Origin: the human T2T-CHM13v2.0 reference genome, Homo sapiens
Length of the DNA: 64,000 nt
Direction: 5' to 3' (one strand)
Assembly: GCF_009914755.1 (NCBI RefSeq)
Contig: NC_060930.1
Made by a program: the position numbers and the translations under genes. Below the pieces are notes generated by a model. It was given only the letters and a program-made list of their open reading frames with translations. It did no database searches and had not been told where the DNA came from. Position 1 is the stretch's first letter. Each line of letters opens with the position of its first letter. Positions 42,108 to 57,403 of this stretch are shown in pieces.

Positions 42108-42606
42108 TTTCATGCGCGTCCATGTGAAGGGACCACCAAACAGGCTTTGTGTGAGCAACATGGCTGTTTATTTCACCTGGGTGCAGGTGGGCTGAGTCCG
42201 AAAAGAGAGTCAGTGAAGGGAGATAGGGGTGGGGCCGTTTTATAAGATTTGGGTAGGTAAAGGAAAATTACGGTCAAAGGGGGTTTGTTCTCTGGCACGC
42301 AGGAGTGGGGGTCACAAGGTGCTCAGTGGGGGAGCTTTTTGAGCCAGGATAGGAAAAGGACTTTCACAAGGTAATGTCATCAGTTAAGGCAAGGACCGGC
42401 CATTTTCACTTCTTTTGTGGTGGAATGTCATCAGTTAAGGCAAGGACCGGCCATTTACACTTCTTTTGTGGTGGAATGTCGTCAGTTAAGGCGGAGCAGG
42501 GCATTTTCACTTCTTCTGTGATTCTTCAGTTACTTCAGGCCATCTGGGCATATATGTGCAAGTCAGAGAGGATGCGATGGCTTGGCTCAGGCTCAGAGGC
42601 CTGATA
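42108..42606 (-). promoter_or_regulatory. HERV-H 5' LTR (LTR7, 499 bp), the proviral promoter
   Basis: Minus strand begins tatcaggcctctgag (TG changed to TA). Contains a GC/GT box ggggtgggg, a TATA-like cttataaa and three U3 repeat units; followed by the PBS. Confidence 0.93.
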
Positions 42607-42666
42607 AAAAATACCCAAAACTACTGCAGCAATTTCAGCCACTACTGACCTTTTCACCTACTTGGT

Positions 42667-42923
42667 GTGAACCCAAAATACCAGAGATGGGTCTCACTCA
42701 ATTGAGAAAGTTTATTTTGCCAAAGGTTAAGGACATGCCCGTGACACAGCCTCAGGAGGGCCTGACAACATGAGCCCAAGGGGGTCGGGGTACAGCTTGC
42801 TTTTATACGTTTTAGGGAGACATAATACATCAATCAATACATGTAAGATTGACATTGGTTCGATCTGGGTGGGACAACTTGAAGTGGGGAGGGGGGAACT
42901 TTGAATTGTATTTTTGGTTTATA
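42667..42923 (-). mobile_element. Internally deleted MER4A-like LTR
   Basis: gaaagtttattttgccaaaggttaaggac...gcctcaggagg...tttagggagaca, ending tttttggtttata. Confidence 0.7.
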
Positions 42924-43216
42924 TAGGACTGCCTTTCTTCCTTTTCTCCCCATGGGTCCTGTAGGATCTATGATGAGATAATAGGTATTTTATGCTCCAA
43001 TTTTCTCATAAATCAAGGACATGAATACCCAATGATCTCAGCTTCTGGTCATTAGAGATAAGCAGTGTTTCCATGGTGTCTCTGTTTAATTCTAGTCAAA
43101 AGCAAAGGAACATGATGTATTGGTTAGCCTGTGTAGCATCATTGCAGCCTGATGGGTGACACTTCACAAACTTGTAGTATGCTAAAAATAGGCCACGAAA
43201 CCCAATGGACTCACCC

Positions 43217-43922
43217 TGTTACTGGTGGAAGGTGTCCAAGTTACTAGCAGTGAATCCATACGGGTCTGCACCAACCTCAATTCTTGCCTCCTCAGAAGAA
43301 AGAAATTGGACTTAGGGGCACAAGGCAGAAAAAGAGACCGAGGCAAGTTTCAGAGCAGGAGAGAGCAGGAAAGAAAGGAAAGTACACTTACTTGGAAGAG
43401 TCTCAAGTGGGCAACTTGAAGAACGAATGTGGCATTTAAACTTGATCCTAGGACTTTATAGCCTGGCCCACCTCTGGTATCTTGCAGCCCTTTCCCATAA
43501 TTCTTCCCTTAGGGTGGGCTGCCCACATCTACAGAGGGGTCCTGACGCCTGGGAAGTGAGCATGAGCAGTGGGTTTACGACGTTGTATGCGGCATGCTCC
43601 CTTTTCCGGTGGAGGCCCCCAGAAAGTCATACTCCACCATTTTGTCGCTTAACGCGCATGCCTGAGCTCACTAGCCCAATAACTGAGACTTTATTGGAAG
43701 TCCTTTTTGCTTCTCCCTGGCATCTGCATTAAATTAACTCTTTAATGTTAACAGCCCTGGATCTTCAGGAGATTGTCTCGCCCTGGCGCTGGCTGCTGAA
43801 TAATCACTTTTAGAAGGGCAGTGTGACCATTGTCACACCATCACCTGACACCATCACCTGACATTCCTGGTGGGTAGGGGAGAGCCCTCTCCTGCCCTGC
43901 TCAGGCCTAACTACCTGTAACA
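43217..43922 (-). mobile_element. MER50-like ERV1 solo LTR
   Basis: tgttac...gaatccatacgggtctgca..aacctcaattcttgcctcctcagaagaaag...ctacctgtaaca. Confidence 0.7.
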
Positions 43923-44047
43923 GACCCCAGTGACACCCTAGAGTCAGGATGTGTGCTTTGGAACAATGGACCACAGCTAGAAAAACTCAGAGCAGTTGAA
44001 CCCAAGTACCATCTGCCAGCTCCATAAGAGTAAAGATAACCTCATAA

Positions 44048-44786
44048 TGTAACCACCCAATGGGCTTTTCTTGCCTGCTGCCCAGGTAGAGCCGATTTAT
44101 TAAGGCAGGGGAATTGCAATGGAGAAAGAGTTTAATTCACACAGAGCCAGCTGAACGGGAGACTGGACTCTTACTATTACCCAAATCAGTCTTCCCAAGA
44201 ATTCAGGGGCTAGGGTTTTTCGAAGGTAGTTTGCGGAAAGGGGTGGGGGTGGCTAGGCAATGGGTGCTTGCTGCCAATTGGTTGGGGGTGCAATCAGAGG
44301 GGTGTGGGAAATGGTCCTCCTGAGCTGAGTCGCTTCTGGGTAGGGCCACAGGAACACTTGGGGGATCCAGGTGGAGCCATTATCAGTGTGAGACATGCAG
44401 AAAACCTGAAAAGACATCTCAAAAGGCCAATCTTAACGTTCTACAGTAGTGATGTTATCTGCAGGAATAACTGTGGAAGTTGCATATCTTGTGACCTCCG
44501 GAGTAATGGCTGGCAATTGTTTATGTCTCCACCTTAGCCAAATTCAGGTTCCTCTATCCTCCTAGCCTGGTGGTCTCTCATTAGCTTTACAAAGGAGGTT
44601 CAATTTGGGGGAAAGGCTATTATCATTTAAACTATAAACTAAACATCTCCCAAAGTTAGCTTAGCCTAAGCCCAGGAATAATTAAGGGCAGTTGAAGACT
44701 AAAGGCGAAAGGGGGATTGGCCAGATCAGATCTCCTCCAGAGCCATAATTTTCTCAATGATATAATTTTTTGCAAAGGCAATTACA
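44048..44786 (-). mobile_element. LTR8-family solo LTR
   Basis: Homologous to 34658-35398; TG...CA ends; TSD ATAA. Confidence 0.85.
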
Positions 44787-45029
44787 ATAAGGATAATAGT
44801 AATATCCTTACATGTTCCACATACCACGACAAGCATTTCCTATGCATTGCTTCAGTTAATTTTCATATCAATCTTATGAAACAGGATCCTAGAGATGAAA
44901 GCCAAGGTCCTGCTGAATGGGAAGCCAGGTTGAGAACTTAGTCCTTTCTGACTTCAAAGCTTGTGCTTTCACTCCTGTGTTATGTTGGAATGCGAGCTTT
45001 GAGGATCTCTGAAAAAAAAAAACCATATT

Positions 45030-45735
<706 letters not shown>

Positions 45736-45753
45736 CAAAAGTCCTTGCCGTTT

Positions 45754-46306
45754 TGTCATAGGCGTGTGAACCAGAGCAACTCCGTCTTGAGTAGGAGCTA
45801 GGTAAAATGAGGCAGAGACCTACTGGGCTGCATTCCCAGACAGTGAAGGCATTCTAAGTCACAGGATGTGACAGGAGGTCGGCACAAGATACAGGTCATA
45901 AATACCTTGCTGATAAAACAGGTTGCAGTGACGAAGCCGGCTAAATCCCACCAAGACCAAGATGGCCACGAGAGTGACCTCTGGTCGTCCTCACTGCTAC
46001 ACTCCCACAGCCACCCTGACAGTTTACAAATGCCATGGCAACATCAGGAAGTTACCCTACGTGGTCTAAAAAGGGGAGGCACGAATAATCCACCCCTTAT
46101 TTAGCACATCTTGAAGAAATAACCATAAAAATGGGCAACCAGCAGCCCTCGGGTCTGCTCTGCCTATGGAGTAGCCGTTCTTTATTCCTTTACTTTCCTA
46201 ATAAACTTGCTTTCACTTTACTCTATGGACTCGCCCTGAATTCTTTCTTGTGCAAGATCCAGGAACCCTCTCTTTGGGTCCGGATCGGGACCCCTTTCCT
46301 GTTACA
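45754..46306 (+). mobile_element. MER41A-like solo LTR
   Basis: tgtca.aggcgtgtgaaccagagcaactcc...aataaacttgctttcac...gggacccctttcctgttaca. Confidence 0.85.
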
Positions 46307-46900
<594 letters not shown>

Positions 46901-47968
46901 CCAAAAGTCCTTGCAGTTTGTGTGGATCCACTCGGGGGCCGCTGCCTAGGGCAGGCCGGTGAGGCAGCCTGGCTATGCTCCTCTCCTCCCCGGAGTCACA
47001 CTCACCTCACAGGTCCAGACACCTGGTCCCTGGGCTTACCTATATGGAAAGGGTGGTTTTTTCATTATTAGGCAGATTTTTCTGGGATGGCCTTCTTTGT
47101 TCTTCCAGAAAAACACCAGTTTGCAAGCAGAAACGCCCTCAGCTTGGAGGAGTGTGGTCACATGTTGAAAATGTGGGAGCTTGATTCAGGCAGCTCTGAA
47201 TTCAAGGACTGGTTCAGTTGCCTACAGGCCACGTGACCTTGGGTAAGTCACGCAATCTTCCTGAGCCTCACTTTTTCCATGCCAAGATTCGCCTCCCAGG
47301 GTTGCTGTGGCAGAGGCGTAGATGAGCCAGCTCTATACTGCACGTGACCCTAAAAAGGATTCAGAAAACATTAGGCCCCAACAGCATCTGCGGGGACCAT
47401 CTCCTTAGGGTCCCCAAGGCGTTGCCCTGCCCATTTTGCAGACCTTTTGTTGTCAACATTCAGTTAACTTAGAGCCACATTCATCCTCCAGGACCTGCAG
47501 GGTGGTGGACAAAGGCCGCATCCCCTGAAAAGCAGGCCCTGATCTGACGACTGTTCTGAGAGCCAGCACTGGCCCCAGGTTAAGAGCAGAAGGTCCCACT
47601 GCTACCCTGAGAGGCTCAAAACTAGCCATTTCCATCCCTGGGCTTCTGTGTCATCAGCTCTAAAATGATGTTGAGACCTTTGGTTCCCAAGGGGGAATGA
47701 GGGTTTCGTGTGTTGCCTAAACACTGTCCTCACCCCCTTGATCTGAGAGCAGACCAGGAGCCAACAGACTGATCAATGCCAGCTTCACTTTCCCACTGCC
47801 CAGGCTGGCCCCCAGGGAAGAGCAGGACTTGGAGGGGGACTGGCAGGCAGGATGGGCACTGGTGTATGTAAGGCAGTGCTGCCCAGTGAAAGAGGTGCCC
47901 CTTTCAGATCCACCAGCCTCTGATGGAATCTAAGCTCTACTTTTTGTTTAACTGGCCCCCTGAGGGCA

Positions 47969-48760
47969 TGCTTCAATCCTGGAGGTACTGCAACATACGT
48001 CAATGTGTGAAGTAGACTCAGCACGCTCCTATCCCATCTCCCTCCTCCAAAAACTCATTTGATATATGTCCTCTAGTAGAGGATGTATTGATATAGGAGC
48101 TAAAAAAGAAATTATTTAGGCAGTTAGTGAGGGTAAGAGAGTCCTTGGTAAGGTTTCCCTTTTAATAAAAAGCCGTCCCCAAATCATTTCTTTTCTAACA
48201 AAGAGCAGCCCGAAACATCAAGCTGCAGACATAGAAAAGCAAGCTGGAAGCTTGCACGCTTGAATACCGGCAGCTGTGCCAATAGGAAAAGGCTACCTGG
48301 GGATCAGGCATATTCAACATGGAGGCTTCATGTTCCCTTCTTTGTCAACCATGTGTGTAGTAAAGGAACAGGCCACATGGCACCAACCAGGTAGAGAACC
48401 CATCTGCATAATAAAATATTAGGATGGGGCAGCCAGCTTTGTGCTATGTAAATGGCACACCTGCTCCAACCAATCTTTGGGCCCTGTGTAAATCAGACAC
48501 CGTCTCCTGAAGCTGGTCTGTAAAACCCTGTGCATTTCACCACGAAACCGGAAGACCCACTCGGGAGCCTCTCTCACTGCAGGAGAGAACACTTTTCTCT
48601 TTTCTCTTTCTCTCACCTATTAAACCTCCACTCTTAAACTCACTTCTTGTGTGTCCGCATCTTTGATTTCCTCGGTGTGAGATGACAACACCACTTCAAG
48701 TATCAGATGTTAAACTGATAACAGATACTCGACTTGATCTTAGCCAAAAGGCCCAGAAGC
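47969..48760 (-). pseudogene. U2 snRNA pseudogene, near full length, split by an LTR (5' part 48700-48760, 3' part 47969-48088)
   Basis: Minus strand gcttctgggccttttggctaagatcaagtcgagtatctgttatcagtttaacatctgatac matches the U2 5' end. The other part reads ...atcctcta...gaggacatatatcaaatgagtttttggag...ttgcagtacctccagga, matching the U2 3' half. Confidence 0.92.
48089..48698 (+). mobile_element. ERV1 solo LTR (MER61-like)
   Basis: tgatataggagctaaaaaagaaattatttaggcag...cctattaaacctcc...cttca, with GTAT on both flanks. Confidence 0.7.
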
Positions 48761-50784
48761 TGTTGAGCTCTCCTTCCTGCTCTGTGTACCTGGGTGAGTG
48801 TCTGGGTATCTATAGGCCTCAGTTTTCCTTGTCTGTAAATTGGGCACAATACCACATTTTCTGCAGTATCACAGAAGGAGTAGATGGTCCATGCAGAGCA
48901 CATGGTTAACATTAATATGTAGCTCTTAATAAGTAGTAGTTACCATTATCTCTGCCATCGTGATGTCACTTATAGCTCTCCTGGAGATGGCTGCAGGTGT
49001 GAAGAGAACTAGAGCCCAGTCCTTGGAATGCTGCAGAATTGCAGGGTGCAGAGGAAGAGGGCTGACCACACCTGGGAACATGACTCCTGTGAGCTGGCAT
49101 CTCCCAGTACGCGACGACAGGGTCCTCCCACACACAGAATCCCCTCCTTGAAATTCCTGGTCACAGACATAGAACAGGCCAGCAAGGCAGGCATGGTGGC
49201 CAGGCAATGTTTTTCCTTTTGCAGTCAGCATATTTGCCTCAGGAAGAGGGGACTTTTCGGCACCCTGATGTCCCTCTGTTTGTCCCTTCACTGGAGAGCA
49301 AGCAGGTATGATTGAGGTCACTGGGGGAGGAAGGGACTGGGAGAAAGAGCATTTCTCATATGCTTTCCTTCCTAACCTCTGATGGACTTCACAAGTGTCC
49401 CTTTAACTCCTCCAGGTTGATAAGGTTCTAATGGCACCTCTGAGACCTCGAGCCTAGGTTCTCACCTAGGACAGGGAGCCACCCACAACATGGAAGCCAG
49501 AAACAGGCTAACTGGTGGCCGCTTCTTGCTCATCCATGGAGAGGAAAAGCGAAGCAAGGGTGAGGCATGGTGGGGAAACCCTGGTCAAAACTCTCTCGCC
49601 CTGAATATTCCCCTTAGAGGGCAGCTGCCTGGATGGGGGCACCCTGACTGGCTTGGCCTGGATTGACGAGCTGAACTCTGGCCAGCAGCCTGGGTCCACG
49701 GATCGCGAGGCTTATCGGAGTCTTCCCTGAGACAGGGTTCTGTTAGGAAGGAGGAAGCAGATGGAAGGTGGGCAGGCAGCTGACGGTGTCCACAACACCA
49801 TCATGGAAATCTTAAATCTAAAGAGAATTGATTTCACCTGATGGCTGAGCAGAAGCATGTGTGACCAGAAAAGACCCTTGTACGAAGCTGGCCTGTGCCT
49901 CAAAAAAGGATGTCAGTCCAGGTTCTTTGCACCCACAGCGGGGAATGCAATGTCAGAGCTGGGGAGTGGCCTGGCAGGCTGAGGGGAGCGGCTCATGGAC
50001 AAGGGCCATTGTCATCACCCATAGCTGTGGTGGTACACAGGATATCTGCTCTGCCAGGAGGGGCAGGGAATCAGCTGTGTCCTGGCCTCTCCCTGTCTCT
50101 CATTCTCTAGCCCAGCCATTTACCCCTATTGCTTATGGAATTCAGCCCTGGAAGAGATGTTCTATCTGCCAGGAGCTCCACCAGCTCATGCACAATCTGG
50201 CAAAGGTGCCAGAAGACAGAGGTGTCCCCAGAGGGAGCCCTAAGCAACCAGCATCCCAAATGACCACAGATGTCTGCTTCCTGCCTGAGTGAATTTTCCT
50301 TTCTCAGAAATGCAATACCTCATTGACTTGTATTATCTTTGGAATGACAATGGCCTAACTAATTGGGAATGCGTGACTTCAATAAACAGTTTCACCAACT
50401 GCTCTTTCTAAAACTGTTTTCCAGGTCAACTAGTGTGTGAGAAGCAGTTAATGCTTTGAGTTTTAGGAGAGAACAGGTCCTCTTCATTCTCTGCCCTAAG
50501 GTATCTGCCAACATCTCGTAAATCCAGGCTCACATGATAGCCTGGGCCCTAGGATGACCACGGGAATTTATCCCTTGTGTCTACACTGATGGATGTTGGT
50601 AATTTTCTGGAATATTGGGCTGAGAGGCATTCTGAGGCCACACCAGAAAGAGCCCTGTGTGTCATTCACAATGTCTGCCATGTGCAGAGGAGAGAAACGG
50701 CACAGATGCCACACACTGGATATCCCAAGGCGAAGTGGCCTTCCATATATACCATATATATTCCAAGGTCAAGAAGCAGGTACT

Positions 50785-51143
<359 letters not shown>

Positions 51144-51254
51144 TTACCCAGGCTGAAAGAATTGCGGCCGTGAATAAACATTTCCCCTCCCTATGCCTTC
51201 CTCACGCTCAGGGACACAATCAAGAACATTTTTCTGAATTAAGCGTTCTTTCTA

Positions 51255-51638
<384 letters not shown>

Positions 51639-53086
51639 GGATATCAGTTTTATCTGTGTGTGTTTTTGTTATTCTCTTTTATAAAGATTTGGGATACGTG
51701 GCCTATAAAAAGAAAAAAAAATCAAGATAAAGCCTAAAAAGTAGGCATTTTGGCTCCTCTGTGTATTTGCCATGGGTTTCATCTGAGAGAAAAGCTCAAA
51801 TTACATTAAACTCATGCGTAATTTGATGGTGTGCAAACCAAGGAATGAAGAAATCTTGCAACACAGTTTTGTTTTCCAGGGCTGAGTTTCCCAAACAGTG
51901 AATTAGAGCAACCCTCATGACGAAATTGGTCAGCCCTGGAATCCCAGCTGATCTGACCCAGGCTCTGCAGGGAGAAGCCTGGCCTCGGAGCAGCAGGGGC
52001 GAGGCTCTTTTCTTGCAGCCTGGAAAATAGCCCCACCCAGTCAAAGAACTAGTGAGCCATTTCCCCAAAAAAGGATCCCAGGCTCTCCCCAGTCAGAAGC
52101 TTAACTGAAGCCAGAGCTGGGTGGACCCTCGCCCACCAGGAATAGCGGCTATAATGACAAGGGTCATTGTGTGTTTTGCTGCTTAATGAAGCAGAGACAT
52201 TCCTCAGGCATTTTGTCCTGGACACAGGTAGGAAGGAGGGAAGGCAAGGTAAGAAGAAGGTGGCTAAGGCTGCCTCCAACCCAGACACTAGGAAACATGG
52301 GGGAAGAGAGCAGGGGACCCAAATGTTTAAAAAACCATCATGCCGGCCATCACGTTTTAAGCAACTACTTAAGGCCAGGGCTGTCTTAGGTTCTTTTTTC
52401 ATTTATAGTCACAATAGCCCTAGGTCCACTGGATGGACAAGAAAGCTGTGGCTGCAAGACTGATGCTGCTTGCCCAGGTCTCACACCTGGAGTGGCAGGG
52501 CTGGGCTCATGTTGAGGCAGCCACGTTCTTCCTGTGGCACTGGGAGGCGAGCCGTTGTCTGCTACGGGGAGACCAGCAAGAGAGAAGTGGTCAAGGTCTT
52601 TTCACAAGGAGGGAGGGATGCTTTTAGCATGAGCGATTTTACTTTGAAAATGTTCAAGCTTATATGGTTTTCTAGGGAGGTGTTTTGTTTTGTTTTTTTC
52701 TTAGTGCATTACATTCTAAATTCAATGCCCTGGAAGATACTGAATAGATGGGACAAAATCCATTAGGCTGGATGATTTATGGCTTTTCAGCATTTAGCAG
52801 GAGTGGCTTTCAATGTGAAATTGGTTGCGTGCAGCAAACCATTTTAGAAATTTGTCTCACGTTGCCCATAAGTGATTCATGCCATGCTTCCCATGCCTCT
52901 TTTTGGGAAAAGGGGAAACAATATCAACACAAAGCAAATTCAGTGTCCAGTACCTCTGTCCTTTGCGAACCCCTGCTCAGCAATCCCATGCCCGTCTGTC
53001 ATCTCCGCACTTGCTGGGCTGCATTTTACTGGCCAAACAGCAATGGCTGTGACACCTGATCCATCTAGCCAGCGTTCGTCCCTTGG

Positions 53087-53374
53087 TTTTTTTGGTGTTT
53101 GTTTGTTTGTTTTGAGACAGGGTCTTGCTCTGTCACCGAGGCTGGAGTGCAGTGGTGCGATCATAGCTCACTGAAGCCGCAAACTCCTGGCTCAACAATC
53201 CTCCCATCTCAGTCCCCCAAGTAGCTGGGACTACAAGCATGCACCACCACACCAGCTAATTTTCATTTTTTGTAGAGATGAGGGTCTGGCTGTATTCCCC
53301 AGCCTGGTCTAGAACTCTTGGGCCTCAGACTCCCAAAGTGCTGCTATTACAAGTGTGATCCACCCCACCCAGCC
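53087..53374 (-). mobile_element. AluJ-like element
   Basis: Antisense diverged Alu. Confidence 0.88.
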
Positions 53375-53814
53375 TAGCTAAGTTACTCTTTATCATTCCT
53401 GCTCCTTTAAGTGAAAGAAGCTTGTGCTCGGCTGGCCCGCCCTGCTCGGGTCAGAGTGCATGCCTGCTCTACCTCTCTTCCAGCCTGAGGAGGGAGAAGT
53501 ACCCCCTTCTCCCACACCACAGTGCCCACCCCCTGCTCAGAGCCATGGCTCCACCCTTATTTTATTTACTGCCTGGTGCTCACTAGGTAGGAAGCATCCA
53601 GAAGGAAACCAGGTTGTAAGGAACAGTCTTGCCTCTGCAGCTCCTAACACCAAGGTCTTACGCACAGGAAGTGCTCCATAAATGTTTTCTTGAAAAAGTA
53701 GGTCACGTGCAAGGAACTGAGGCTGAGCCGGGCGTGTTTAAGGATGGGCCTTCAAAGCATAGCTATAGAAATGCCACTCAGGTTTGGCATGAGCCTCTTA
53801 TTTTTTTCAAAGTC

Positions 53815-54450
53815 TTTTTTAGTTTTATTAAATGTTTTATTTTTATGGATTTAGGGGTACAAATGCAGTTGTTTTACATGAATATATTGCACAGTGGTGA
53901 AATCGGGGCTTTCAGTATGCTCATTACCCAAATAGTGTACAATGAACCCAAGAGGTGATCCCTCACCCCTCCCACCTGCCCACCATTTGGAGTCTCCAGT
54001 GTCTATTATTTCCCTCTGTATGTCTGGGGGTACCTACATATAAGTAAGAAAGTGAAGTTTTGGATTTTCTGTTTCTGGGCCATTTCACTAAGGATAATGG
54101 CCCCCAGTTCTATCCATGTTGCTGCAAAAGACAATATTGCATTCTTTTTTATGGCTGAGTTGTATTCCATGATGTATGTATGTACCACTTTTTAATCCAA
54201 TCATCTGGTGATGGGCACTTGGGTTGATTCCAGGACTTCGCTATTGTGAATACTGCTACAGCTGACAGTCCAGGTGTCTTTTTTATATAATGATTTATTT
54301 TCCTTCAGGTATATAACAACCAGTAGTAGGATTGCCAGATCCAAGGGTAGTTCTATTTTTCCTTCTTTGAGAACTCTCCAATTTTCCACAGAGGTTGTAC
54401 TAACTTCCATTCTCACCAACAGTGTATGAGCGTTTCATTTTTCCCACATC
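53815..54450 (-). mobile_element. L1MA-like 3' end fragment
   Basis: ggatttaggggtacaa.tgcag...atccatgttgctgcaaaagaca...agtagtaggattgc.agatc...ccattctcaccaacagtgtat. Confidence 0.85.
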
Positions 54451-55770
54451 CTTTGGGGTCCTCTTTGAGCTCAGATCCTATATCCCTCTTTCTCTATGCA
54501 TTCTAAAAAGACACCATGGCAAGAAACATATAACAGGCTTTATCAGCATAGAGAAATTATCCATCTATGGTGAGTGTAGAAGTCTTGAATTAAAAAATAA
54601 AAGCTAGATTGGTTTGGTGTAATTCATCCTAGACATGTGTGGCCAACTACTTTACGGAACAAGTGAAACAAACATGAAATTGCTTTATTTTTCTCATAAA
54701 CGTCTAGTCCCTTAGGGATCCTATTCTGATTCCATCTCTTGGATGACACAGGGTTTTTTTTTTTTCAAAGTCTTGTCCAATCCATTTTAATTCACTTCCA
54801 TTGCACATCCTCACCTCCTAGCAGAAGGAGTAGTAGGTCCCAGCCTCAGAGCCTTGGTTTGCAGAGGGGTGAGAGTCTCTGCCCAACTCCTTCTTCCTCC
54901 TCTCTTTTCTCCAATGTGCTGTGAAGGGAAGAAGGGAGGCAGAGGAGATCAAAGTCTTTATTCACGCAGTGCCACTGGGGACTTCCCTTGGCCATTGTTG
55001 CCTGCTGGGTGGCGGGCCCTTTCTGTGGAAGTTTCTTAGGGGCCTCCCCAGCCACAACTCCCTGATGAGGCAGTGTGCTCTGGCCCGGCCCACTCTGACC
55101 CCATGCCCAGGTCCTGCCCGCAGGGTGCATCCCACTGCAGGGTGCCTCTTGCTCCCAGGATAATGGCAGAAAAGCTCCCGAACCTCCCAGAATGTCCTCA
55201 ACCCACCATTGTGCTCACTTCTAGGTGAGAGCGCAGTGGCTTAACCATGGACCCATCCTCTGCCATGTCAGGTGGGCACCCCTGGAATGATAATAAAATA
55301 AGGTTTATCCGGAGAGGCTCCAGAAGCAAGAAAATAGACATTGTCTCTACCCTTTTCCAAGCTCAGGGTAAAATGGTCTCATTCTTTCATAACAATTACA
55401 GGGTTAGCCATTATGTTAATGGAGAAGAGCCAAAAGCCAGAAAATACAAAATAACAGTCAATCCTAAAGCACTTACACATTATCTTGGAATTAAGCCAAG
55501 GACTTAAAGACAGCAGCAAACCCTTTTAAACTCTGGCAGACACATTTGGCTCAGGCGTGTCTTTTCCTGCCTCAGTCTCAGTCTTTCCTGGCACTGAGTG
55601 ACGATAACTCAATTAGATGCGAAATGTGCTTAGAAGAGAACTCAGCGAAGATAGTGCTGTGACAGCAGTCGCGATTAGAGGAGAGACACACACACCGTAG
55701 CTCAGTGATGCTCAAAGGAAGGACGGTGTGAAGGTGAATTTGAGCTTCCGAAATGAATATAAAAGAGTCA

Positions 55771-56089
<319 letters not shown>

Positions 56090-57022
56090 GAGTCAAGACT
56101 TGAGCCTCCTCATTCTTGGATGTTCTTGAATATTCATTAGCATGTCTGGTCGCAAGGTTTGCTATATGAAATGCTACATGAATAATGAAGGATGCTGTTC
56201 TCCTTTAAAGATAAAGAGCTCTCCCCTTCCAAAACACTACATCCCTTAGAGTCGCAAATAGAAGAACCCTAATATCCTAATGTCTGGTGTTGTACACTTT
56301 GTTGATTGCAACTAGAATCCATCCTCCCCTTTCCCTTTCCTAAGGGGTTTCAGATTTTCATTTAAGTAGCCTCTCCTGCCTCATGCAGCCCATGGCTTTG
56401 GGAGAGGAAGGCCCCTCCCTCAGGAAGGCCCTGGTTAATCTAAAACAGAGAATGGAGCGATTGTATCTCACAGGGGTCTACAGTGATGGGTTTAGGCGTT
56501 GAGTATGGCATTCAGACAAATCACAGCATTGGTTCAGCAATGGCCTGGGACCCAGCTGGGCTCATGAGACACAAGCAAAGATTTGCTAGAGGAGTCCCTC
56601 TCCCTCTGAAGTGTGGATACAAGCTCTGGGACTGTGGGACAACATTGTCACCATGAGAGAAGGCAGGCCAAGGGTGACGCTGACCCTCTGAGAGGCAGAG
56701 CAGAGAAATAAGGAGAATCCAGGGTTGTGAAGACACCTCACAGCCCATTACCCAGCTGACTGTGAAGCTGCCCTGCCTGTGGCCTCTTTAGGAAGGCGAG
56801 CTGGAGATCCCCTTACTGCCAAACCAGTCTGTTTGGGGTTGTTTAACAGTATACTGAGGCAGGAGGACAGCTTGAGGCCAGGAGTTCAAGACCAGCCTGG
56901 TTGACATAGCAAGACCTTGTTTCTACAAAAACAAAAACATTGTAACTACAGTGATCATGTAATTCCTTGCCTGAACCCAGACATCTTTGAGTGAAAGGGG
57001 CACTATTAATAATTATAGCAGG

Positions 57023-57403
<381 letters not shown>

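Larger units (their letters stand above)
36664..42606 (-). mobile_element. HERV-H provirus, ~5.9-kb common deleted form, with two LTR7s
   Basis: Two LTR7 copies, tRNA-His PBS, PPT next to the 3' LTR, gag zinc knuckles, protease and RT remnants; AAAAA on both flanks (possible 5-bp TSD). Confidence 0.97.

Noticed and set aside
36659-42611. AAAAA flanks as proof of a single intact integration
   Set aside because: They fit a 5-bp TSD but are too low in complexity to exclude recombination between proviruses.
46060-46100. MER41 as an interferon-gamma (STAT1) enhancer
   Set aside because: The tandem TTCnnnGAA block that I recall in MER41B between aaaggggagg and gaataatcc is absent, indicating the MER41A-type deletion.
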